Shown: one piece after another, positions 53,791-64,000 of the stretch
How positions within the stretch are numbered: position 1 is the first letter of the stretch
Layout: every line of letters begins with the position of its first letter
From: Lepidodermella squamata
Lineage: Eukaryota; Animalia; Gastrotricha
Assembly (NCBI GenBank): GCA_047495785.1
Contig: JBLDXI010000021.1
Location: 1,612,001-1,676,000, forward strand
Direction: 5' to 3'
Length of the DNA: 64,000 nt
Program-made: the position numbers and the translations under genes
The notes under the pieces: generated by a model
What the model saw: only the letters and a program-made list of their open reading frames with translations
Told to the model about the DNA's origin: nothing
The model's database searches: none

Positions 53791-55891
53791 GGATAAATTG
53801 AATGTGCGCATTTGAATGTTATTGCCCAACAAAAAAGTTTCTGCCCCCACGATTCGGTGAAGACCATCTGGACTCGAAAATCACCACGGAAAAGCACTTT
53901 GATCATCTGATCAAAGTCGTGGGCTAAGGGCGAGCGAAAGTAGGAGCTCAATGCCTCTCTTCAGCCCCATATCGCTTAAAATCCGTACAATCCGTACAAA
54001 GGCGTACAGTCCGCCAAGGCCGCCTTCGTCTACAACTTCATAGGCGTTAAAAAATGCAAAAGCTGACGTATAATCATTATTGCACTTCACCCAATTTTCA
54101 AATGACTGCGAAGATAGAGAAAGGCCGAAACGTCTCAAATGAGATTTCCTATATTTTGCATTTTTACATGCCTATATCGACCAAATTTAAAATAATTTAT
54201 TTTCTTTTTTTAGTTCCGGCATCAAATTATTACGCATTTGCGCTTCGTGGAAGAATTACCTCTTTCAAATCAGTCTTTTCATAACTGTCTTGCTATGACG
54301 GAGTTGGTAGGCATCGCCGAGTGAGTGAGTGGAAAAGCTATCTGGGTAGAAATGCTTTGGCTCTGGAGAAACACTCAGCAATAACAACTGGAGTACCAGG
54401 GGTAGAGACATCGAGCGTATTACTTTTCACAGCAAGGCGGCATGAGAGAATAACATGAAAGAGAAGCTAGGGACCGGATTTTTTGCTCGGATCGAGCCGA
54501 CGAAAGCCGTCCGATTCTTGAGAGTCCGTAAATGACCGGTATGGATGCGGTCATTTTCAAATATTTTCAACTCGTTGGTTTTTCGTTCCAAAGATTGGTC
54601 AGAGGATTACGGCTAACACGCTGGAAACGCGTTTGCAAGTTTTAGAGAAACCATGTAAATTGAGGTTTACTTGTCGCTACAAACGAAATGAACAATCGTG
54701 GGAACTATTATGTCGGAATTGAAATAGGATGTTTAAATGGACCTGGTAAATCGGATTGAGATCTACATTTTGATTGTACATAGATCGAACTTCTGCTAAA
54801 TTTGTGGATGTCGTTTTTGGGTAAAACCACACTTGGAAAACCCCCATTAATTTACTTAAGGATTCAATCGAGAATCTAAAACCATGTATATTGATTTGTC
54901 ATGTTCTAGCTGACTCAAATTTAAACAAAAAACACATTTACGGGCGACAATTATTTTATTTATACGAATTAACATCGACTACAATATTTCTTATAAAGGA
55001 TGTAGTCAAGCATAAGATAATATTTTTTTGGTTTGAACGAGTACGGCTTGATAACATGAGACTTGAGAGGGAAATAAACAATTAAATGCGAACAATTGAT
55101 GCGCAATTAAGTGAACGGCGACGAAAGCTATGCGTTCAATTTTCGCTCGAATATCATCTTCGGACGAAGCGTGGCAAGGGTACCAATATAATACCGACAC
55201 TTCACACTAGCAGCGCTGTTTTCGCATAACCTCAGCGAACAAATACACGGAAACGATAATAATACAATACAGAATATAGCACTTCTCAACAGTTTAGCAT
55301 TTTGTCGCGGGTAATACGGCTTTACATCACTAACAAGGGCACAACACAAAAGCAACAAAACTGCCGAAAAAGGTAACGTGTAACGTCACAGAAGCGCTGA
55401 AAAGTTCAAAACATAAACCAAATACTCCCCATCAAATCAGATGAATGATTACATTTTTGTCTCACAAAAAAACTCATACATCCTTGACAACGCTTCTCGC
55501 GAAGGCAGCAACAATACAAATTTAGGTCGTTCCAGAAGAAAATAAGAACGACGCGGACTAACGAGCTATAGTAATCACTAGGCAGTTGTCTTGCGTTTTT
55601 ATAGCAATTAGCTTCTATGTTCTTCCAAAAATGCGAATGAAATCGTTAGAATCGTTAAAAACCTCTCTAGTTGCTGCAAAGCCATACCACCGAAGTCGCT
55701 AATATTGCATTAAGTGAGAAATGTGTTAATATTATGATAATTATTTCTTGCAAGAAGCATTTGAAATACAAGTAATAGTACAAGAAATAGGCCAAACAGC
55801 GTAAGTAAATGCGCATTTTCATCGAATCAGTGAAAGTTGCATCAGCTTTCATCGTTTGTTTTGAACAATTCAGGAAATATCGACGCTGGCA

Positions 55892-58399
55892 TTACGCAGT
55901 CGTAGTCTGCGTATCAGTGTTCGATGGCGCCGTAGGGTCAGCGGCGTCGGAAGATGTGGAGTCATTTGTTGCATTGCGCGACAACGTGCGCTTATAGTAG
56001 CCGGCCGGTTGGTCGGCCTCTTGCATAGAAGCCGAACGGCCCATTCGGACGGAAGTCGAGCGGTTACGGCCAAGAATCGAAGATAGCATTCCTATGCCTT
56101 GGACGAACAGAAGCAGACTCTCAGATAGTTTCTCAGGTGCCGCTTCGAGAACATTGGCAACCCCGCGAATCTCAATCAACTCAACCCGGCGCTTGTCGGA
56201 AACCCTCTCCATCGCAGTTTGGAAAAACGACCTGGCAGCCTTGGCTTGATACGCATTTTCGCCGATTATGAACAGAATTGGTGATTGAATGTCCCCGATT
56301 TGATCTTCGATATTAGTCCGCCTGTTCACAAAGAAGAAAAATCGAGATGAAAGGTAATATGCCAAAACTCTTTAACCCATCAACATTCGTAGAGCCCGCA
56401 GTACACATATATTTCATATTCTTCACGGCTTCGCCACTCCTATTAAATAACACCATTCAAGTTTAATAAACACGCTAATCTTGACAGCCACTTTAATTGA
56501 AAGTGAAATAATAATTGCTACGCTTCCAACATATTTGCAGAGACACTTACTCATTGGGCATTGATTCTTCAAAATTGAAACATATGATAACAATTCTCAG
56601 GCCCAATTCTTAGTTTACAACGTGACAAAGAAAGGTCAAAATTGTCTGAACAATTCCGCTCCTGGGGGTTATAAATAGACAAACCGGGAATTATATTTTC
56701 ATACTCACGGTATGCCTCTTTTATATCTTTCATTGGGCTTTTGAAGCAGAATTTACAAGATTCAAACCTGAAGACTACGTTTAGCCTAGCCTAAATATAT
56801 ATTCAATATTTAAGATAACAAACGCACTTGATGTGGGCATTGACATATTGCTTAAGATTGCGGGGATTCAAATCGTTGTGCAGATGTTCTTGAAACTCTT
56901 GCATAGCCTCTCGGACTTCAGGAAACGAAGAATCACCGCCATGTTTGCCGAAATGATAGATGACAAAGAAATTTTCAGCCGTCGACGTAACACTCGTGTC
57001 CAGCTGAGAGGCTGCTAAGCGTTCTCGAATGGAGCCCAAAAAGTTTGCGGCAGTTCCAATGCAATGAAGCAAGACGCAGCCAGAAACGCGCTCAGGAAAT
57101 TTCAGCTGTCAAATTGAAGCAAAAGAAATATAAAAAATAGCTAAGTAATTCGATCCGAAAATTGCTTACAGCAAAGCGAGCCAAGATGTTAGCGCCAGCA
57201 CCCTCACCAAAGCATAAGCAAAATTTGATCCTATAAATGGCCGCAAAATTCAATAGTGGCGATCAATGTGAGAATAAATTACCCAAGGTTATCCAACACG
57301 TGAATAAGAGCTTCCCCAAGCTGTTGAAACGAAGGGAATTCGTAGTTGGACGGCAAGTCACCGTCACGAGAGTCCTGGCCTGGCGGAACAACGTGAATCC
57401 AAGTCGTTCGGCGATTGAATTCCGCCATTGAGGGATGTTGATAAAATCTTTGGACGACATGATCTGGATTGACATAGGCATTAGTAAATGCCTGTGTTGT
57501 TGATATAGCTAACTTACATGTGCAACCAAGATCAGGAACCGTGAGGCAATATAGCCCCTGCTGTCCTTCAGGTCTCTATATCAAATAATAAAAGCAGAAT
57601 GATTAGTTATACATTCCCAACTTATTTCAAATGCTCAATGCTAAAGGCATGAAATGAGACGGGTCACGAGGATATAACCATTCTAGCGTAAAAATGAAAT
57701 AATTATGCAATTGTAGGTGAATTAATTATCGGTCAGCCTAATCTAGGGATGGAAATATTTGATGCTAACAAATTGGCAATGAAGGTCATCGTAACTAAAG
57801 ATCCGCCACCAAATTCAACACAAAACGATGATTGCATGCAAAATTATTTGACCGCTCGGCGTGAAAAATTCAGGTTAACATTCACAAGAGTTAACACAAA
57901 ATGGCGCTGCTCATAACAAAACGAGTGTGCACACAGGCGAGTCGAAAATAACGGGACGGTCCCCACATCTAAGGCACCACGTAAACGGTGAAACATGACA
58001 TTGCTACACAAAAGCCGTCTCAAAACCTTTTGAGATCCGGGTGATTGCTGGCCAACTTTGTGATGCTCAGATAGCTACACGGCCCAGAATCGATCAGTTG
58101 CGTTTGAATTCAAATTGAAAAGTCGATGAAGAAATGTAAATTTACCTGAACATAAACCTTGAGCTTTCCAACCGGGCTTCCGCAGTCCACTTCAACCGTT
58201 GTTATCTAGATGGCATAAAAACGTATATGAGTACTGATTTAATTTAATCTCAAACCGGTGGAGCTGCTGACGATTGGCTGCTCTGTGATGTCAAACGGCT
58301 CAGATGAGAAGGAGCGGCAGGATCGGCCATTGATTTAAGAATAATTTGCTCCTGCTCACCAACTAATGGTGATTCGTCCGAACTTTTCGGCGATGACAT
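55892..58399 (-). CDS. NDRG: NDRG family alpha/beta-hydrolase-fold protein, 7 exons
   Basis: KLKVYVQ|..CLTVPDLGCT|..WIHVVPPGQDSRDGDLPSNYEFPSFQQLGEAL, CFGEGAGANILARFA|LKFPERVSGCVLL, APEKLSESLLLFVQGIG, C-terminal RxxS motifs. Confidence 0.9.
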
Positions 58400-59469
58400 T
58401 CTTGCTTTTACAATAACTCGACAACAATTTCGAATCAATAAATCTATAAATGGCAGAATGAATTTTCAAGCGCAATTACAAAGGAGATGCAACCAAATTG
58501 AGTTTGCCCGAGAGCGAAGAAAATTTTCCTCATAGCGTATTTAACGACAATAAAAACAAACTAATGCCGCATTCAATATATTTTGCAATAAGCCGAGCTA
58601 GCATTTATGAACGGAAATCTATTTCGATTGTTACGACCATATATAACCAAATCTCATCCACGTCAACAAAATAATTATTTTTTAGAGAATTAGATTAAAT
58701 GAGCTGATGTAACTGAGAACGTTGAGTAAGAAATAAAGAAGAGTACTTGTTTTAATTTGCAACAGCAGCTAGAATTTTCTAAATATCAGACATGTTTGAG
58801 ATGGGTAATCTCTCGTCAGCTTCGACGCATCAATAATTCCTCTCAAAGATCTTATACCAGATGGATGGTTACACATATCCGTCCCATGTGTGGAAAGTTT
58901 ACAATGGCCTTTAGAATAAGTTGTAAGCTTCAAACCACGAAAAAGCCTGAATCGGGCAACTACCTGTGAGTCAATGATCGATAATAATTATGTTTCAAAC
59001 GTCACGCGGGTTCCTGGTTTTGAAAAGTGCAGATGCATGCAAAAAATAAACACCCTTAAGAGTTAAGTAAACTAAAATAACTGATGCTCCATTATTAAGA
59101 TCCACAGATCTGACTCCAACTGTCGGAGAAACAATTTAAATTGAGCATTAACCCTCATTTACAAGTTTGCTATGTGGCCAAAGGGGGCATGCTCTATGAA
59201 TTGTGCCACGGCCAACAGAAGAGAGATTTGGATTGGGATCAGAAAATGAACGCATCAAAAATCAAAATAGCCAACAAAATTTTCAAAGCTTAATAAGTAA
59301 AACATGCTAAGGTTCCACTACCGAGTCATCGTTACCATCGCAATATGAGAACTCTCGCAAGAATGCAATAAAATGTTTTCAATGATCTGTCTAGATTAGT
59401 CCAGGTACAATATTTTTTCGATTGTGAATCAATCAATCACCGTTTAAGGTTTTATTGCTTTTCTTGCAG

Positions 59470-60180
59470 ACGATCTCATTTATGAAGGGAATAGCTTACT
59501 GAGTTCCCTGAAGATTGCACAGAGAAAGAGGTTGAATACATTTCCATATAATATGTGGCCTTACTATGCCTTCTTTTCTGCTATTTACGAGTATATTGGA
59601 AATAAATTATCCTGTCAGTTTGTTCGTCATAAGCCATGAGGACATAAATAGCTGCGGATGATCAACATGTCACCGCTAGAAGGAGCGGCGATAGCGCAAA
59701 AACGTAGATAACAACCAAAGAATAAATATGGATTCGAGGCTTGATCGAATCGGCAAAATGAGAAAATATCTTGACTCGCTACCCATTTACTGACAAATGC
59801 ATTCTATGATCATCTTGAGTCGATAAAATGTAGATAAAAGAATCGGACTTGACATGCCAGTAATGAATATTACACCGGCAACTTTTATAAACATGTAAAA
59901 CATGTAATCTTAAACTTTCCATCGTTGCCTTCCCATCGTGCTGCCTTTCGCGGTAGGTGTGAGTGAAACCAGCTACGCTAATAATTTAATATCAGCCAGC
60001 AACAGTGTGAGGATCTTTCTCCCGGGGCAATAGGGGCGATATTTTGCAACAATTTGTGAACTGGTGTGATACTGTGGGGCTATATGGGCCAAGTTAGCGC
60101 TTTCAAGCTGTAGTTTCAGACCTCCACACGACGAGATTAAAGCGATAGGCGATTGGCGTTAGACAATTCATTCGCTTAAA
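59470..60180 (+). mobile_element. Possible decayed tyrosine-recombinase (DIRS/Ngaro/Crypton-type) element remnant
   Basis: Broken frames give MWPYYAFF / LLFCYLRV (~59553-59592; first YR Arg box) and ALSSCSFRPPHDEIKAIGDWR* (60097-60162; HSFR and I..xGxW boxes). Confidence 0.4.
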
Positions 60181-61253
60181 GTTTAAAAGATCAGAAGGCG
60201 ATGAGCGGTGACTTACGACTTACACCAGCAGCCGTGCAGCCTCTGGCCCATGGCCCCTGGCGCCGTAAACCGTAACTACATCAACTATTATTTCAACAAG
60301 CTTGCATACCACACACACACACTAGCTTGCCAACAAAACCTCACACACCTGAAACCTGAAACCCGAAACTCGAAAAAGACAAATGTGCTATTTGCATTTT
60401 TGAATTTTTGCATTTTGTTCATTAAAAACTATTATGGCTACTTATTGAGGCAATTTATTCATTGCTGTTTCAATATCACATTCACATTTATGTTTGACTG
60501 ACCTTCACATTTAAAAATCACTGGATTACCATTTTCCCACCGAGTCACATGATGGCGTTCCTACCGCGAAAGAACCGACGCGGGGCCTCCGCTGTGCCTT
60601 AGCTCATCTTCATCCCCAGCCTTGTGATATGTGAGCCGTGAATTCGATCGCTTTTGAATGGCGTGTCATTTGCTAGTCCCATCTCCATTTTTGCTTTTCG
60701 CTCATCGTGGTGGCGAGCTGGATGTTAGATCCTATCACCAATTCTGGTGATTTAATATAGGGCTTGGGTTGATAAGTTAGACCTGTCACCAATAATTTGG
60801 CGTTGGGCGCAGAAATAGCACAATCGAAAAAAATAAATTACATAAAGAGCTATGATTTATTTGGTTCATTCTGACACCTGCTCGATGAAGAATTGCTTCA
60901 AGTAAGCGGCTTTGCGACCTGGTATGCAGCTGTTAGATGCCTTGTTGGTGCTTCTTAGGTTAAAGCTAGCGAGGGTTCAATGGTGCTTATTATTCCTTCT
61001 ATTATTCCCTGTGAAATGATATAGAAAGGAAACACTGAGCGTAATTTAACGCGTGTTGTTATCCATTGTTTCCTTGTAAGAATACATATGTGTAACGCGT
61101 GACAAAAACGAGTAGAATAACCTTATATTTATGACAGTGGATAAAGTGAGAGTATCCTTATTCCTTCTTCTGTAACCACTTGACTTGTTTTATATAAAGA
61201 AAATTCTCAATTGATTACGTAGTATACCTGTAGTGGATCATTTCCTGCTTAGA

Positions 61254-62408
61254 ATGGTTACCAAGTTTGAAGAGGGAGCGTGTTTCGTATTGGTTAATTT
61301 CCCCAGTGGCTCAAATTTCGGAATAGATTGTCATTCCTGGATTGTCGGCGATAATTTCAGAGGCATCAAGCAGATTCCACCGGGATGGCATCTTATCACT
61401 TGCTCATCGTCGGCCAAAACTGGTGCACCATCGTCATCTCTTATGTCGTTTTATCACAAGTTCAGTGCAAGGGAATTACATGCTAAAAAATGGAACCCTC
61501 AGATGGAAGCTTTCGATGACCTGCCTATATCTAATGAAGACGTTGAACGCTTGATCGCCAACAAAGCAGAAGTAGAATGCTACTTGGGTTCATATCCACT
61601 GGAAGAATATCGCAAATGGCTTTCTTTATCAAACTTTATCGATGACGCCGTTATTGGGCTGTTAATGCCCACCTGTGGTTATCTATTCAGCGCCACACAG
61701 TTCGTTTCTGAGAAGCTTACTTTCAACAAAAACCAAAGGTATTTACGGAACCAAGTATGCTATGTATTCTAAACAACTGTTTAAATCAGGTTTCATCAGT
61801 CTTCGTGTGTCGAAGCGCCTGTAGATATTTCCGAAGCCGAAGCTCGCATGCCTAAATTGCAACAAGATGAACAGACCAAGATCAATTATACCGTAATAGA
61901 TCGGAGAGCATTTGCCTCTGGTGCGACACCAAGCTCTATATCTTTGGATAGTATGGATGGAAGCTACCGCTTGGAAAGTTTATTGAAAAATCGCTTCAAT
62001 AATAATCATCGCCTCTTTCTCGGTGAACTGCAGTTTTCTTTCATAGCGTTTTTAGTGTGTCAGAACTACGACAGCTTTGAACAATGGAAAAAAATTGTTG
62101 AATTAATCTGCAGCTGTGATCGAGCACTTGCTAACAATGTTCAGTTCTTTCTTGACTTTCTTAAAGTTTTGTACTATCATTTGAAAGAAGTTCCATCTGA
62201 CTTCTTTGTTGACATTGTTTCTGCTGACAATTTTTTAACAGTCACTCTTCACCGATTTTTCGTCAACGTTGAGCAATCTACAGATGCACCGCGCGAATTG
62301 AAACAACGCGTCGAAAAGTTCAGGAAATACGTAACCGAACAATTCAAGTGGGATTTCACTTCTGAGCTTCCTGAGGATCAACCGGTGGTCGTTGATTTAT
62401 GCCAATGA
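61254..62408 (+). CDS. AAR2: U5 snRNP assembly factor AAR2, 2 coding exons (exact start uncertain)
   Basis: FEEGACFVLVNFPSGSNFGIDCHSW..FRGIKQIPPGWH, LGSYP..WLSLSNFI, LGELQFSFIAFL..SFEQWK, LKEVPSDFFVDIVSADNFL, QFKWDF..EDQPVVV. Confidence 0.93.
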
Positions 62409-62450
62409 ATTTTCTACCATGTGATTTCAATTTATCCATTTATTCAATAG

Positions 62451-63793
62451 ATGATTTTATTTATTGTATTAATAACGATATCGATCACCTCTAGCAAAGC
62501 GATCGATTTGAAATGCCGCGACCTGGACGGCAACGCTGTTGATTGGTACACGAGCATCAAGCTGCCGAAAATAACCGATAACCACGCTTGGCCTGAAGTG
62601 AAAACTGGTGCAGCATTGGTTTACCAAGACGTAAACAATCCTGGTTCTTGGAAACGCGCCTCGGCGTTGATCACTGACGAATCATCGCATATTGCCAAAA
62701 CAATTGCCCCAATTTACTCAGGGAATCCGAACGTGACTTACCTATTGTACAACGATCAGCCTCCCCCGGATAGACAAAATTACCTCAACAAGGGCCATGC
62801 AAAGGGTCTGATTATTTTCAACGAGAATTCCGGTATTTGGCTTGTTCACTCTGTCCCTGGTTTTCCACCTGCTGCGACGGGGGGTGCGTCTTACAGCTAT
62901 CCGTCTTCCGGTCACTTATTTGGTCAATCTTTCTTGTGCTTGTCATTGTCTTCATCTCAACTGGAAGCCATTGGTAATTGCTTTGAATTTTTCTAAAAAT
63001 AGTCTCTAATTTTACTTTCGTTCTAGCGACGCAACTTTACTACAATAATGTTCACGTCTATGATAAAAATGTGCCTCAGGCAGTGCTCGATCGATATCCT
63101 CACCTTCGCGAAACAATTGAACGCACGAGCCCCCCTAAAGCACCCTACACATCGACATTGACGATCACTACATCTGGCGGTTTTAGTTTCACATCCTTCG
63201 CTAAAGATGGGCGATTTAAACAGGATTTGTATGATCAAGATGTTGCGCCTGTGCTGAAATCCGATCTCTCTGTCGAATCATGGCGAAATGGTAACGGAAA
63301 CATCCCATCGGATTGCAATGGAACATTTTCAGTGATGAACATCAACACCATCCACTTCGACGCCCCGGCAGAGTTGGATCGTGATGTAATGTATGAAACG
63401 AACAACGACCATTCAAAGTGGGCTGTTACTACCTCTGCTGATAACCCTTGGTCTTGCATCGGTGACATAAACCGTCAACTCGGTCAGTTCAAACGAGGCG
63501 GTGGAACTGTTTGCTTGAAGCATCCAAGGGTTTGGAAATCATATTTTGACCTGATCTCTGGTGTTGATCCTTGCGATAAGCCCTCAAATCGCGCGACATC
63601 ACCCAAGCCGAAAGTTCAGAAGAAACGAGGCGGCAAGAAAAAACAGTCTGGTTCAGATAGTGAACTGGAGATCACCCGCAACATTGATTCTGTCGACTAT
63701 GCCCGACGCTGCCGCTATAAATCTGACGGCACTGTGTCATGCCGTAAGGTTTCCGGAAAATTTAGCCTCGAAGTGAACGAAATCGGGTTCTGA
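62451..63793 (+). CDS. DNASE2: Deoxyribonuclease II with basic C-terminal extension, 2 exons
   Basis: Signal peptide, CRDLDGNAVDWYTSIKLP, YNDQPP, KGHAKG, WLVHSVPGFP, FGQSFLC, DHSKWAV, WSCIGDINRQLGQFKRGGGTVC. Confidence 0.95.
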
Positions 63794-64000
63794 TCTCCCG
63801 TCACTCAACTCTTTCATCGTTTTCCCTGCTTGTTTTTTTCGCTTCTTTCTTGATCAAGTTTTGACGATTTTTTTTAGCTTTAACTGTTGAAGTTTTGATC
63901 TAATCATTGACTTGCCGGTTATTAAAATTTTGTAATGTTTAACGCATTTTTTTGTTCTAGTAATTTTGAGATTACCATTTAATAATGGGTGGACACGGTG

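Overview
Eukaryotic (animal) genomic DNA from a compact, AT-rich invertebrate genome with mostly 45-70 nt introns; the species cannot be identified from the sequence. I can reconstruct 18 protein-coding genes, all but one spliced: CPEB2-4/Orb2-type, ZFYVE26, TXNDC15, UCP4/SLC25A27, TMED4/9, MIC60/IMMT, DGCR6, an ADAM-like pseudoprotease, C1orf50/DUF2452, GMDS, an SLC16 transporter, SFSWAP, PSMD11, SIRT4, an aftiphilin/CLBA1-like protein, NDRG, AAR2 and DNase II. Several MITEs and decayed LINE, hAT and tyrosine-recombinase element remnants are also present. The most striking higher-order pattern is that housekeeping genes sit in co-oriented clusters with 42-260 nt stop-to-start gaps, and most start codons are preceded within 0-35 nt by a 3' splice acceptor. 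That is the expected signature of spliced-leader trans-splicing and operons. Other leads are a poison cassette exon in SFSWAP intron 1, an alternative first exon that would remove the Q/N prion-like domain of CPEB, a prodomain-less zinc-dead ADAM, and two GC-AG introns. Gene identities come from motif recognition from memory; no database search was run.
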